Positions 1 to 14,439 of a stretch of DNA of 58,340 nucleotides are shown piece by piece. The notes beneath the pieces were generated by a model that saw only the letters and a list, made by a program, of their open reading frames with translations, was not told where the DNA came from and did no database searches. Each line of letters begins with the position of its first letter. Within the stretch, counting starts at the first letter, position 1. Origin of the DNA: Octopus bimaculoides (taxonomy: Eukaryota); the NCBI RefSeq assembly GCF_001194135.2, contig NC_068986.1:71877057-71935396 (forward strand). Direction: 5' to 3'. A program made the position numbers and the translations under genes.

Positions 1-56
<56 letters not shown>
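1..56. repeat. (CA)n microsatellite
   Basis: Perfect CA dinucleotide run at the window start. Confidence 0.98.
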
Positions 57-57
<1 letters not shown>

Positions 58-65
58 ATTCATAT

Positions 66-232
66 ATGGGCGCAGACTTGTTTGTGTGGTTAAGAAGTTC
101 GTTTAACAACAACGTGTTTTCCTGTTGTATCCTACTACGCAACACATTGGGCAAGTGTTTTCTCGAATACCTTCGAGCCGATCAATGTCTTGTAAGTGAA
201 TTTCGTAGACGAAAACTGTGTGAAAGCATGTG
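66..232 (+). mobile_element. Degenerate 5' half of tRNA-derived SINE family B
   Basis: ggcgcag...gtgtggttaagaag...ttgggcaagtgttttct...gccgatcaatgtcttgtaagtgaatttcgtagacgaaaactg aligns by eye with the SINE B copies at 41501, 49207 and 57262. Confidence 0.7.
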
Positions 233-652
233 TTCTACAAATACACCACACACACATGCACGCACGCACGCACGCACACACGCATACACACACATATACA
301 TCTGTGTTTGTGTATGAATGTTTGTATGCGTGTGTATGCGTTAGTGGGTGGGTGCGTGTGTTCCTCTGCGTTGTTCGTTTGTTTATTTCCCTGTCATTTA
401 CCATTTCACAAAAAGGAGTCCTACGCACGCATACAAGCGAACCCGTCAGATTAACACCATAAAGTTTCCCTAATCATATACCAATACATACCCGTAGACA
501 CACACATATATGCCCACATCAATATCAAAACTGATACATACATGCTAATACATACATGCCAAAACAAATCCCACCTCCCCTTACATCTGTTCACATACAC
601 GGAGTGGGCCAAACGTCACGAACTAAAGCATTTGGCATTTTATTTGCATTAC

Positions 653-654
<2 letters not shown>

Positions 655-699
<45 letters not shown>

Positions 700-756
700 C
701 ATCATCATCATCATCATCATCACCATCATCATCATCATTATTATTATTATTATTTT
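655..756. repeat. Compound (TAT)n/(CAT)n microsatellite
   Basis: Direct reading. Confidence 0.95.
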
Positions 757-899
757 ATGTTTGACTTTTGCTTTGCATTTGTACAAGTCAGATCCAAGTC
801 TCACCCAGAGACCTCAAGAGACAAGTTAGAAGTTCATGTAGGTGTTATGCCTAGGGTACCATATATTTCGATTTGTACGTAGTGTTGCTCAAGAGAATG

Positions 900-935
<36 letters not shown>

Positions 936-937
<2 letters not shown>

Positions 938-1120
938 GACGGCGAGCTGGCAGAATTGTTAGCACGCCGGGCGAAATGCTTAGTTCAAATGCCGCCGGGA
1001 TCGACTTTGCCTTTCATCCTTTCGAGGTCGATAAAATTAGTACTAGTTACGCACTGGGGTCCATGTAATCGACTTAATCCCTTCCCCCAAATTTGAGGCT
1101 TTGTGCTTCCAGTAGAAAGG
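936..1120 (+). mobile_element. tRNA-derived SINE family A (probably one of the octopus OK/OR1/OR2 families), internally deleted
   Basis: A-box-like TGGCAGAATTG, B-box-like GTTCAAATGCC and body gtcgataaaattagtac...gcttgtgc..agtagaaagg. Lies between (TTA)n arrays. More than 12 related copies occur in the window. Confidence 0.85.
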
Positions 1121-1232
<112 letters not shown>

Positions 1233-3775
1233 TTCCTGTTGTTCATCACGTACAAGCTTTTTCGAGTGTATTCATCATTATCTTATTTATTTTATTCAAT
1301 TTCAGAAAAACTGGAGCATGTCTTTGACAATTCCAGAGCGTTTAAAACTTGTTTTGTGCGTTACTTTTGGCCCACCTTGTACTAACGTAGTAATGCATAG
1401 CACACACTCAATAGAAAACAAATTCATACGTACCAAACCTTTCGCTCATGCATTATCTGTTTACAGTTACACATACACTTTAACAACCAACACCAGGCAC
1501 ACTTTAAAATAGCAAATAAAGCACCCACGCAATTCCCAGGAGTGTAATATGACACCTTTAACAAAAGCACCTTCATAAAACTTAAAATGAGCTCCTCCCG
1601 TTAAATCTAATTACTTATCTTGTACAACAACCGACATTTTTATAACCTGCACATCAATACACACATGCAAGAACACGTACGCACATACACACAAACATAC
1701 GCACATAACCGGATATCCTCTATATATATATATTCCCAAACGCATGTACAAGCACATATTAACACTATTGTGTTACACCCACCACACACGCACATACTAA
1801 TATACGTGCACACACTAACCTACACAGACATACGCCAAAATTGAAACTGACAATAAATTCAACCACATACATTTGCCGAAACTAATTCCAAAACACCAAA
1901 ATTAAACTTACATACGCATTGGCGCCGGTCACGCCTGTCTATCGACATTTACGCATGTGTACTCAACACATATGAATAATTTGTCCTTATGATATGAGTC
2001 CAGCTATTATCAGTGAATGCAGTTTGGCTGTTACCAATGAACCCACTGAAAAAAAATATGATCTTACTGTAAAGCCGATTGCTAATAAATTAATATATTA
2101 ACTCTACGTAACATGTAACATTTCTGAGTGCACTAAAAATGAAAGTAAATGCCTTTACATGTACACAGATTGTGAATGTTGAGGAGATATAAAATATTCG
2201 CAATCGTGCTTTTAAATATTCATCAACATAAAGTAGCCCTGGAATAGAAATCCAACGTGTGAAACAAACACTTGTTAAAAGTGAATGTGTGAGCGTGTTA
2301 GTTTGTGTATACAAATATACAAATATAAGCAAGTGTATAAGGAAACAGGAAGTTAGAAATAGTTTTCGTATTATTTATTCGCCATTACATACGTTTCATT
2401 TGCATATAAGAATCACAAAGTTGTACTTGTTTCATAAACATGTAAGAAATTTCCTATTAGAAAGCCTTCAGAAAGGGAATCAAATAATACAGTTTACATT
2501 TAGGTGAAGCAAACAATATTTCCTGAATTTTAAATTCTAATATTTACCTTACATAAATACAACTAAGACAACTACATACTGGATTGTAATACTGAAGTGA
2601 CTTGAAGTGCACCGTGAAGACGCAGCTTGAATTCTACTCTACCGGGATTATATATATATATATATATNNNNNNNNNNNNNNNNNNNNNNNNNNNNNNNNN
2701 NNNNNNNNNNNNNNNNNNNNNNNNNNNNNNNNNNNNNNNNNNNNNNNNNNNNNNNNNNNNNNNNNNNNNNNNNNNNNNNNNNNNNNNNNNNNNNNNNNNN
2801 NNNNNNNNNNNNNNNNNNNNNNNNNNNNNNNNNNNNNNNNNNNNNNNNNNNNNNNNNNNNNNNNNNNNNNNNNNNNNNNNNNNNNNNNNNNNNNNNNNNN
2901 NNNNNNNNNNNNNNNNNNNNNNNNNNNNNNNNNNNNNNNNNNNNNNNNNNNNNNNNNNNNNNNNNNNNNNNNNNNNNNNNNNNNNNNNNNNNNNNNNNNN
3001 NNNNNNNNNNNNNNNNNNNNNNNNNNNNNNNNNNNNNNNNNNNNNNNATATATATATATATATATATATATATACAAGCATACATACATACATACATACA
3101 TACATACATACATACATACATACATACATACATACATACACTCAAGTTTACGCATACACATACTTGCATGTATGCATATTGTCCCGGAAATATGAAAAGC
3201 AAAGTTGACCTCGACGAGACTTAAACACAGATGACTGAATAATAGCTATGTTCAATCCGCGACCTACCAGCGTAGCTGTAAGTATTTAAATACGCAAAAT
3301 TCACTTACATAACACGAGTAAAATTTGAGGATCACCCGAAATATTCTATGCGCTGTCATCTTTTTCCACTTAACCTCTTTTTCGATTTCTCTCTCTCTCC
3401 CCCTTTTTCTCTTCCTCCTTTTTCTTTCTCCTTCTCTATTTCAATTGAACCCTACTGTGACACCGATTTTCGGCTGTTCCATTCCATACTATCTTTCACT
3501 CTACCCTTGTGAACAAACGACTTTCTTGGTGTAGCACATTTTTTCTGTACCTCTTGCTTGAAATTTCATTTTCCTATTCTTCCTTCTCCTCTTTGACAAT
3601 GCGGTTCACGCGAAATTTTAGATCCTTTTCTGTTTGTCGCATTTTTCTTTTGCCGAAGCGCGAATTTACAAGAACGTTAACAAACCAATACCTGTTATAA
3701 GAGTGGTCCCGGCAAAGAGAAACGAAATGGCGCACATGCACACAGAGATACGTATATATGTATATATAAATGTGC

Positions 3776-3832
<57 letters not shown>

Positions 3833-4499
3833 TGTGTGTCCATACATACATACACACATACATATAAACACAAATACATTTATACATATGTATGTTTATT
3901 TATTACTTTTTTTTTAGTTTTATTTAAGTTCTTCAAAGGGATTTCGAGCCAGATGCTAACAAAGCAATAAGGCTTTTTGAGTTAAGACAGATCCCAGTAT
4001 TGGTAAACATGTGGTTGAGCATTTATTCCTCTAAAGAATTTCAGATGGAGTACCTGTCGAATGTCTTACAAATCTTCATTGTGTCGATAATATATTGGAT
4101 TTAGAGAAAGCGCATTGGTTTCCTTTGCCCTTTGTTCGAAAACATTGTCTGTTTATCTTTCTATGTATGTATGTATGTATGTATGTATGTATGTATGTAT
4201 GTACGTATGTATGTATGTATGTATGTATGTATGGATATGGCTTGCTTCTTTTTGCCAAATGCATTAAGCTAACGATTTTGAGAGCAGTAATTCGATTTTT
4301 AAAGTGCTGGATAAAAGCTTTCCTTAAAAAGGTTGGCCGTAAAGCCAATGCATTCCTTTGTGACTACACGAGTACTTATGTTGCGTTTATATACTATATA
4401 TTTGACACGATAATTTAAGTTTTACACGCAAACATCGTTATTCTTTTCAATCGTCTAATATACATATACGTGTTTTTCTAGTTAATTTAAGGTCAACTA

Positions 4500-4705
4500 C
4501 CCGGCAAAATAGTTAACACGCTTGACAAAATACTTCGCTACCTTTCTTCTGGTCTTACGTTCTGAATCCAAATTCCGCTGAGGTCGAATTTGCTTTTCAT
4601 CATTTTCGGGGTCGATAAAATAAGTACCAGTTGAGCATTGGCATCTATGTAACCGACTAACCGCCTCCCACAATATTTGCGTCTTGTGTCTATAGTAGAA
4701 AGTAT
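4500..4705 (+). mobile_element. SINE family A copy
   Basis: gaggtcgaatttgcttttcatcattttcggggtcgataaaataagtaccagttgagcattgg matches the family body, followed by an (ATT)n tail. Confidence 0.85.
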
Positions 4706-4708
4706 TGC

Positions 4709-4748
<40 letters not shown>

Positions 4749-4764
4749 TTTATTATTTACCTTG

Positions 4765-4970
4765 AATAAGGCAGTGAGCTGGCACGCCGGGAAAAATGCT
4801 TAGCGGTATTTCGTCCATCTATACCTTTCGAGGTCAGATTCCGCCGAGGTCGACTTTTCCCCTTTCATTCTTTCGGGGTCGATAAAATAAGTACCAGTTG
4901 CGTACTGGATCAATGTGATCGACTAGCTCCCTCGCCCAAAATTTCAGCCCCTTTGCCTATAGAATAAAGG
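4765..4970 (+). mobile_element. SINE family A copy with 13-bp target-site duplication
   Basis: Family A body. Flanking direct repeat attatttaccttg at 4752-4764 and 4971-4983. Confidence 0.85.
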
Positions 4971-4984
4971 ATTATTTACCTTGC

Positions 4985-5480
4985 TTAACACACCAACATC
5001 GCTGGAGAATGTGTCAGTTGTCCTCTGCGAAGGATTTGTGCAGTTCTAAGTAATACTGTTTTCTATAGACACCCTATCTTTGAATTTACCGCTATCTTTT
5101 AAATCAATTTTATGAACTTCGTACCTATATCACTCATTTTTTCCTATGACTACAGACTTTATATTTCCCTCTTCAAACCATCTGTATTTGACATGCTTCT
5201 CTTTTTTGATACCTTGTCATCACCAGCGAAAACAATACCAATTATTATTCAAGATTTTACCTCTTTATCCAGCTGTCTATGTTCAAATCCGTGCTCACAT
5301 TGTATCATTACGTTCTCCCGTATCTTTTCGTTGTCATTCCCGATTACTCCTTCTGAGGTTTTCCCACACCACTTCTTTGCTCTATCCAATCTATACATGT
5401 CATATATCTATCTCCCAATGAATCATTCTTGCGACATTATCGTGTCTATTTGTCCTTTTTGTCCTATTTGTCGTTTCTGG
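4985..5480 (-). mobile_element. R4/Dong-type REL non-LTR retrotransposon, degraded C-terminal fragment
   Basis: Minus-strand translation gives YRLDRAKKW..KTSEGVIGNDNEKIRENVMIQCEHGFEHRQLD...IIIGIVFAGDDKVSKK...KTVLLRTAQILRR, matching the REL endonuclease region and C-terminal LQKTALLxTAxILR motif. Multiple stops. Confidence 0.75.
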
Positions 5481-5674
5481 CACACATTCACAATATGTCA
5501 AACAACTTCATCTTTATCAACACACAACCTGCGCTTGTCACTTTCAGTTGCTTTGTCACTCCTAATTTTAGTATAATCAGCGCAGTACAGATAGTATTTC
5601 TGTGCCTAGATTCAAGTCACTCTTCTGCACGTACATATCTACCGCTCAATTTTCTTTGTGTGTGTATGTATGTA

Positions 5675-5715
<41 letters not shown>

Positions 5716-6739
5716 NNNNNNNNNNNNNNNNNNNNNNNNNNNNNNNNNNNNNNNNNNNNNNNNNNNNNNNNNNNNNNNNNNNNNNNNNNNNNNNNNNNNN
5801 NNNNNNNNNNNNNNNNNNNNNNNNNNNNNNNNNNNNNNNNNNNNNNNNNNNNNNNNNNNNNNNNNNNNNNNNNNNNNNNNNNNNNNNNNNNNNNNNNNNN
5901 NNNNNNNNNNNNNNNNNNNNNNNNNNNNNNNNNNNNNNNNNNNNNNNNNNNNNNNNNNNNNNNNNNNNNNNNNNNNNNNNNNNNNNNNNNNNNNNNNNNN
6001 NNNNNNNNNNNNNNNNNNNNNNNNNNNNNNNNNNNNNTTTTAGTATAATCAGCGCAGTACAGATAGTATTTCTGTGCCTAGATTCAAGTCACTCTTCTGC
6101 ACGTACATATCTACCGCTCAATTTTCTTTGTGTGTGTATGTATGTATGTATATATGTATTTATGATTTTATAGCTCTAAACACTTATCCGTATGCCTGTG
6201 ATTGTACTGAAACATGTACATGTGTGGATGTGTGCGTTCGTACCTTTATTCTGTGACGGAGGTATCTCAGAGGTACACATTACATGTGTGTCTATATGCG
6301 CACTACTACATATCTACAAGCTTTCTATAATAGGGTGGCTCCAAAGATTTGGTAAAAACTTGCACTGGCAACTCTCTCTCTCTCTCTTTTAAATGTAGTG
6401 CCAACCAGATAATACTTGCGACTAGCTTCCATTCGACCAGAGAATGGTCACGTGAACAAATGTCTTTTTTCTCTTTTTTTTTTTTAATCACTATCATACA
6501 TTTTTCTTACCACTAATACTGATAGTACTGTGAAGTATAAGTATATTGAAGTCAAACAGCTGGTTATTGGTACCTCTATGGCAACGAGGAACCATACTAA
6601 ACGCACACATACACATACACGTACACACACGCACATGCACATCCACACACACACACACATATCTAAAAGATATACATATCAAAATAAATTTTATGTGCAA
6701 ACATTACAACATTTATCTGTTACATACAAATACACACGC

Positions 6740-6780
<41 letters not shown>

Positions 6781-7411
6781 AATATATGCATATATCCATA
6801 CATGTTTATATATTTTATAACTGAACATAGATATTGATATATTTCTGTACATATACAAAAATACTTGAATACATGCATACACACATACATATGTATATAT
6901 GCATGTGTATAAATATATATGTGGATTTATATAGATTTATATAACAGGCACACACATACAAGTATACACATTTATATGTATATGCAGATGTGTAGGTGAG
7001 TCTACGTGCACTCGCGTGTATGTGTGTGTGTGCGTGTGTGTGTATGTGTGTGTATGTAAAATACCTTATTCATTTTGGTTTTGTTCGTATTTTCACAAGT
7101 TCTTTCCTTGACTCACTAGCCAACTGCTAAGGAAAAATTTATTTTAGCCAGCCTGTTAAATATAGCTCGGCCTGCTGGTTGTTAGCCTTTCGACATTCAA
7201 CCAAAATAGAAGAGAACGCGCGTAATATATATAAATATGTACTTAATCATATGTGTATATATGATGACTTGTGTTTACTTCACATATATATGTTTGTGTA
7301 CAAGTGTATGTGTGTGCGTGTTTTACTTGTCTGCACACGTGTGTGTGTGTTTTACTTGTATGCGCTGTGTACGTGTGTGCTTGTGCGTTTATGAGTTTAC
7401 GTGTATGTGTG

Positions 7412-7530
<119 letters not shown>

Positions 7531-8148
7531 CTGTACGTAATCTTTGGTCTGTGTCGCTCTTTCACACCACGGATAACCTGCTTCTCGCTACTAGAAAGAT
7601 TACAGTAACATAACTAACTACACCCTGCTACGCCACATTCCATCTTCCCACATTCATTCCGTCATAGAACAACACACTCTTACATACATATCTTAATGTC
7701 CACTGACAATCTTCTAGGCATCTATAGATAGAATGTTTCGCAAACTACACTGAGACATGAGAATAATTCCCTACTTCACGTGCGATCGTGTACACAAAAT
7801 TACAACTCAAACCTACAAACGCACCCCCAAAGTACGGCCTCTTTACACACTCTTTGGCACCGTTGCTCAACACAGAAATATACTACGCATGGGTATCCTT
7901 CTGTTATAGCGCATATAGCCCACATATTCAAACACTGGTACGAGTACACATCCAAACACTGGTACAATGAGCTCCGCATTAACCTTCTTATGTTCTCTCA
8001 CTCGCTAGTTATCTTCCACCTTTTTTCCTTTCTTCTTCATTCTTCTCTTCCCCACTTTTTTGCAATCTTGCTCTCTCTCCCCAATTCTTCCTACTTAGTG
8101 TCTCTGTCTCTGTATGTCTGTCTGTCAGTCTATCTGTCTGTCTGCCTG

Positions 8149-8199
<51 letters not shown>

Positions 8200-8666
8200 N
8201 NNNNNNNNNNNNNNNNNNNNNNNNNNNNNNNNNNNNNNNNNNNNNNNNNNNNNNNNNNNNNNNNNNNNNNNNNNNNNNNNNNNNNNNNNNNNNNNNNNNN
8301 NNNNNNNNNNNNNNNNNNNNNNNNNNNNNNNNNNNNNNNNNNNNNNNNNNNNNNNNNNNNNNNNNNNNNNNNNNNNNNNNNNNNNNNNNNNNNNNNNNNN
8401 NNNNNNNNNNNNNNNNNNNNNNNNNNNNNNNNNNNNNNNNNNNNNNNNNNNNNNNNNNNNNNNNNNNNNNNNNNNNNNNNNNNNNNNNNNNNNNNNNNNN
8501 NNNNNNNNNNNNNNNNNNNNNNNNNNNNNNNNNNNNNNNNNNNNNNNNNNNNNNNNNNNNNNNNNNNNNNNNNNNNNNNNNNNNNNNNNNNNNNNNNNNN
8601 NNNNNNNNNNNNNNNNNNNNNNNNNNNNNNNNNNNNNNNNNNNNNNNNNNNNNNNNNNNNNNNNNN

Positions 8667-8712
<46 letters not shown>

Positions 8713-9299
8713 TGTGCGTGTGTGTGTGTCTATGTGCGTTAGTATTAATTATTAACGGGCATCTAAACGTTAAGTCACGTGCTTGTATACTTCGGAAATT
8801 AATGCAAATTAGTGGTCGTGGAAGTCATTTACTGCTAATCTATAAATTATACTGTATCGAACAGTTAAATAAATACCTATATCTCTCCTTCCACAAGCTA
8901 GTTCCCTTTTTATCACGACTCATCAAGGTATTTACATGAATTTACTTCCCTAGGTATTTACATGAATTTACTTCATCAACTAATTGGCCACGTTTGCAAC
9001 TGCCAATCAACAGCGCTTCCGATATGTATGTGTATAGGTATGTATGAGTGTGTGTTTGTGTGTGTGTGTGTGCGTGCGCGCGTACGTGCGTGTGCACGAG
9101 TGAGCATGTTTATGTGCGTATATCCTTGCGTATCAGAAAAAAACGGAATCCAAGAAGACTGGTGATGATCTGCATCGGCAAGACTAGTATTTTCCAGATG
9201 AAGAGTTTAGTAGCTAAAGTATCTGACACATCCTTCTTCAACTTTAAGATGATAGCTATAAAAATGACAATGTGACTGAGTAAAACATCCTCTATCTCT

Positions 9300-10400
9300 G
9301 AGCGACTGGCTGCAACAAATAGGTAATGTGAAACAATGCTAGAGTATATATGTTGAGGGGAAGTAATGGAAGAGAATGTAGATGACAAGAAGAAAAAAGC
9401 AATGAAAAGGGAGAGAGAACCTGCGAGTGTTGAGGTGGCAGGAAAAATTAATGCTTGCGTACAATCGAAGGATGAAAATGAAATTAATGAAATCTTAGTG
9501 AAGTGAAAAAATAGAAGGTAAACTGTTCATTTATACCATCGGTGCTACGGTTCCGAGTTTGAATATGAAACGTTGTTCCTTCCGTTTCTTTGAATGTGCT
9601 GATCTTGGGTGTAAAGAGATACTACATATTGATAAATGCGTAATGTTGTGCTGTAATGATTGGCGACGGGTTGATAGTGAGTTTCATGCGTAGGGTACAC
9701 CTCAGAGTTTGTATATGAAATTAGGCTGGAAGTTGTGCTGCAAGTTTTGGGTCATGTAATATTGCGACTGTGATGTTTGTGGTGTTGTTAAAGTAGGGAC
9801 AGTTGTGTCAGGTTTGTATATGGCTGGACGCTATGGAGCTTCTCACTACGAGGCTGTCGATGTTCCTATTTTCCTTGAGGGTGAGGAGAGGTGATGCAAG
9901 AAATATCGGAGTGGTTCTAGAGTCGTGTCTAGAAGATACAGACTTATAGTATAAAACCTTCAAAAGTTGTTTGCACTGATCTGAACCCTCTTCCTTTTTT
10001 TTTCTCTCGGTATAATTGTTTCTTTGAAACAAGGCACCAATATCAGGGTCTTCTTAATGTCTATGCGGTGGATTTCTTTTAGTAACTAGTTAAGCATCCC
10101 AAATACTGGTATTATTACAGGTACTGAAAATACATTACTGGTTGTTCTCATGTTGTATGAGGAAATATTTGCCGTATATTTTTTAGTCTGGCATAATATT
10201 CTCCAGCTATTCTGTCTTTGTTCATACACTAGTATAATATATTTCCAGCAATATCTATTTACAGCATTCATTCAGTGGAATAGAGGAGATGGTCAAAAGA
10301 CCATTGTTGCAGTGGTTCTGGCTTTGAGTAACAGTCCTTCAGCTGTCAAATATGAACAGATCTCAGACCAAATTTTACCCCTATTTTACAAATAAAATAT
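9300..10400 (-). mobile_element. Penelope-like element (PLE), degraded 3' part (linker, GIY-YIG C-terminus, pyrimidine-rich tail)
   Basis: Minus-strand motifs PLLTLKENRNIDSLVVRSS (cf. PLE PxxAFRRxxNLxDxLVRS) at ~9835-9895 and RKEQRFIFKLGTVAP/DGINEQF at ~9520-9580. Boundaries uncertain. Confidence 0.7.
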
Positions 10401-11099
10401 TTCTTTTAAATCCTGCTGTATATTAGCACTGAACATATTTCTAATATAGGTTTTTAGATAGACTAAAAAGAAATTATAGCTTACATTAGTGCATTTTACC
10501 GTTTTAAAGCCTAGTACATATTCATTAGGATTCCATAAAATATATGACAATGGATTCACATACTGTCGCATTTGAAATATTTATAACATGAGAGACAATT
10601 ATTTAACTCTCAGCTCCGAGTGTGAGAACTGTAGAATAGGTCTCAGTGAGTTTCTCAGTGGTAGCAACTAAGGCAGCATATACTTTTGTGCATTGTAGTG
10701 ACTTAATACGTATGGATGGATGTATCCATTGTTACTTTATTAAACATTCCTCTGAGTAAAAACTATGGAATACATTAAACATTTTACTATTGAAACAGAT
10801 ATGATGATCTTAAATAATCTTATAATGAATTTGATATTTAGGATCATCATATCTAAAAGGCATAATGAAAGACAAGGCCTCATTATCATTGTCTTTATGC
10901 CAATAGTTTATCAAAATTTTTTTTCATCTTGCGGCATAATTGTAACTTCAAACTATTTTTAAACCTTGTCTAGTAAGTGTTACCTTCAACAAATTCTTGG
11001 ATAGTCTAATGTTGACTTTTTACTGAATTTAGATAAATCAATTATTAATGAGTCTTATCATTGTTATATTTAAATGAATATGTTAGAGGACAAAAGAAA

Positions 11100-11900
11100 T
11101 AAATTATTGCTAAATAAGAGATTCCACAATATAGAATATCTAATGTAAATGTCTGGCTCACTTTCAAAGTGTGCACGGTTTCTAATATTCTAAATGAAAC
11201 GATCAAAAGAAAATAATTTATTCTGTAGTCCGAGCCTGACATCGTCGGTCTCCTTTTTCTTGACTGAAAAATATGACTGAAAATGCAGGTATCAAATTGA
11301 TATTTGAATTATAAACTGGATGTTTGACAAGTACAGAACAAAAACATGTAACTACAGTAGTAATGACCGAATGGTCATGGCTGGGATGCCTTTGTTCATA
11401 TGTCTGTCCAAATAGGGTTTTAAATTGGAAGCAAGATAACAACTTCTTCCTTCATTTTGCTTCATTTTAACTTTAATATTACTTATTTCTTTATATTCCA
11501 ACTCTATTTCCATATCTTTCCTGTCCATTCATCCCCCCTACCACCACCACTCAGCCTTCATTTACTTTTATCACTCTTTATCTTAGCCTCCTAGAGGTGT
11601 AACCAGACCAAAGCTTGTTCATTAGTCCCCACTTGGCTTTAAAGACCACAAGCAAGCAAATCCTCAATGTGTAAATTGACGATGAAGCCGACCAACTGAT
11701 TTTATTGGAGTAAAACCCTTAATTGTTTTTATGGTGTTCAAATCTAGAGGGAGTTTTACCACTAATTGTTTCGTTATTCTTACATGTAACTTATGTTACA
11801 TGTAAGGGCCCCTACTCTGTTTTAACACCTTTTGCTTTGTCTGTTTCTTCCGCTCCCTGTTCGGTATTCCCTCCATTCTAAGAATATTTGTCCCCATAGC
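11100..11900 (+). mobile_element. Possible PLE 3' remnant
   Basis: Weakly GIY-YIG-like translation (SSNDRMVMAG...LEAR), then a pyrimidine-rich tract at 11450-11590 and a degenerate GATGAAG-stem-AAAC motif at ~11682-11718. Weak. Confidence 0.25.
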
Positions 11901-13857
11901 CTACTGACATTAATTATTATTTGAAATAATTCATTCAACAGTATAGTTGCACAAATAAGTCTATGAAGATGACTGATTATATCCAAGCACTAAAACAGAG
12001 TAATTGATAGAGACGATGTTTTAAACTAAAGATAGTGTCAGTAGATGTGTTTATACGTAAAATTAAAATAAAAAAGATTAAAGATTAAAGAGAGGAATAC
12101 TTATAAAATATATACACATTCGTATATACATTATATGTATTATACGTACCCATACGCGTGTATATCTGTTTATTGCATAGCGATTCTTTTCTAAATTACA
12201 CACTTAATGATGGCTGAAATTATTGATGTATCAAATTTATTTTCCCCGAAGACACAACAGGTTTGCTTTATATGTCTGAATCAACTTATTACGGATTTTA
12301 TGCTTTGGCAGTCGGCCAATTTTTGACTGGGAGGTATATAAACTATGCTTCTATGCTAGCTACTTTATAACAGGTGCATGTTTTATCGGTCCCATTTGGA
12401 ACTGAAGGCAGTCGAATTTGCGGTATTTCCATTTCCATAGTAATGCTGATGGGTCTAAATATAATAATTTCCTCACAATACAGTTTAAGTAATAGATTCA
12501 AATATATTAATAATAGTAAAAGCAAGCGCCTACTTAATAATGGATCTCAGAAAGTATTATCAACTTATTCAAATATGTCTCACAAAAATGGTATGGAATA
12601 GCACTCACTAAAATTGTAGCTTCCTTCATTATTAAATATTACTTGATTTAGATTATGAATTTTTCGTCTCCTCTGAAAAGGACACGAACTTCTCTAAATC
12701 AAATTTCGGTTTATTGTAAGTAATTTAAATATATCAATAATTGAGATGTATTATAAAGGTTTAAAAACTTTCAAATTATTATTATTTTTTTTTTTTCAAT
12801 TTGTTCATAATGGCTATTTTCTCCCAATCCAGCTGAGGTGTCAGGATGAAATTGGCAATGATCTTAAAACGGCCATTTGCACTCTCTTTCTATATGAAAA
12901 TCGATATTTTCTATTTACTAGCTTTGTTTTTCTATTACTGAAGTCACAATATTGAGTTTTACACAACTAGTAATTTATGTGCATTGTTATCAGTGCATTA
13001 TATGCAATCTTTAATACTATTAGCATGAAAACATTATGCAATATCTAACAACTGGATAATCATTTGCCATTTAGGAAGCATAAGTCTGTGACAAGCTGTT
13101 AAATACTGGAGATTTTATTTATTGTACAAGGGGGGTAGGATTACCTAAGTCGTTGAATTAACGTCTCGTGGGTGCGAATTGACTTACGTTTAGTTTGTAT
13201 TTGATCTGTTTTATTTTCATCTTCAGCTATCATTTCTTCTTGATCATTTATTATAGCAGTAGAATTATCTACCGTTGTTTCGGTTGTTTGAGCTGGAACA
13301 GATAGCAAAAAGGAAAAAAAATGACTGTGCCATTTTCATATGAAATATAATTTTTTTCTGGAACTGTTGCTTATGTGCTACCACTGAGGAAAATTTGTTT
13401 CAATCCAATATTCTCCAGTTAATCTTGATTTTGGATCCTTTTCATAGAAGTGATAAGGAAAGTAAAATCAAAGTGATCATTCGCAAACATCTCCCGAACA
13501 GCTGAAGGTATTATACTGCAAATGTTCCTTAATCATAATGTGAATCATTTAGTGAAGCTTATGGCTCTGTAAGGTTAATGTTTAACTCTCGAGTATTTAC
13601 TGTAAAGCAGGTGGGAGAAAAATACGAGATAGAAAGTTAGTCCGTTACTGTTAACTATAAGATTTGGTAGTAATTTACGATAGTTAGGAAAATAGGAGTA
13701 CGTAAAATAAGACCTCTTACTCGTACACAGAACGAAATGACTGAAACAGGCTTGAATACGTGAATTCATAAATTATTCAACGAGTAAATGAACTGCTTCA
13801 CAAAAGAAATGAAACGCTAAATATTTCACTTACATATGTATGTTTTTTTTCGGGGGG

Positions 13858-14075
<218 letters not shown>

Positions 14076-14439
14076 ATGAGAGGGAAATTATAATAAACAC
14101 AAATTAAACACAAATGTATTTGATCTTAGTAATATAATACAATAAAGTGTTCTCCTGATGGTTTAGCATCAAAAATAGCATTTGGAACATCTAATTCAGA
14201 GATTGCAAATAAACACAATAGTGAAATTTATGTGGGGAACGATGATATACGCTTGTGTTTATGTTAATTTCTCCAATATTTGCTCTGTATATCGTTACCA
14301 GTAATGCTACGAATACAGTAGTAACCACACCACTATACTGAAAGCAAACTCTATGATACTCTACTTGGAGCTCTAAGCTCACCAGTAGTAATTGTACATC
14401 TGGCAATACACAAAAGATGGAGGCGGGCAACGGAACAAC

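Noticed and set aside
936-1120. tRNA-like A/B boxes in SINE heads as tRNA genes
   Set aside because: No complete cloverleaf. They continue into conserved SINE bodies and are multi-copy and degenerate.
2572-3208. Long ORFs containing X runs (also at 5.4-6.2, 7.8-8.8, 17, 27.7, 34.4, 37.7, 40.8, 52.2 and 57.3 kb)
   Set aside because: They are open only because they span assembly N gaps.
5566-6149. ~112-bp exact direct repeat (5566-5677 and 6038-6149) flanking an N gap
   Set aside because: Identical sequence on both sides of a gap next to a (TA)n run is most simply overlapping contig ends, i.e. a scaffolding artefact.
9110-9388. Hydrophobic ORF resembling a membrane protein; also an AG...GT-bounded plus-strand segment at 9137-9310
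   Set aside because: No recognisable family, all three plus frames contain stops, and it lies next to a PLE 3' tail.
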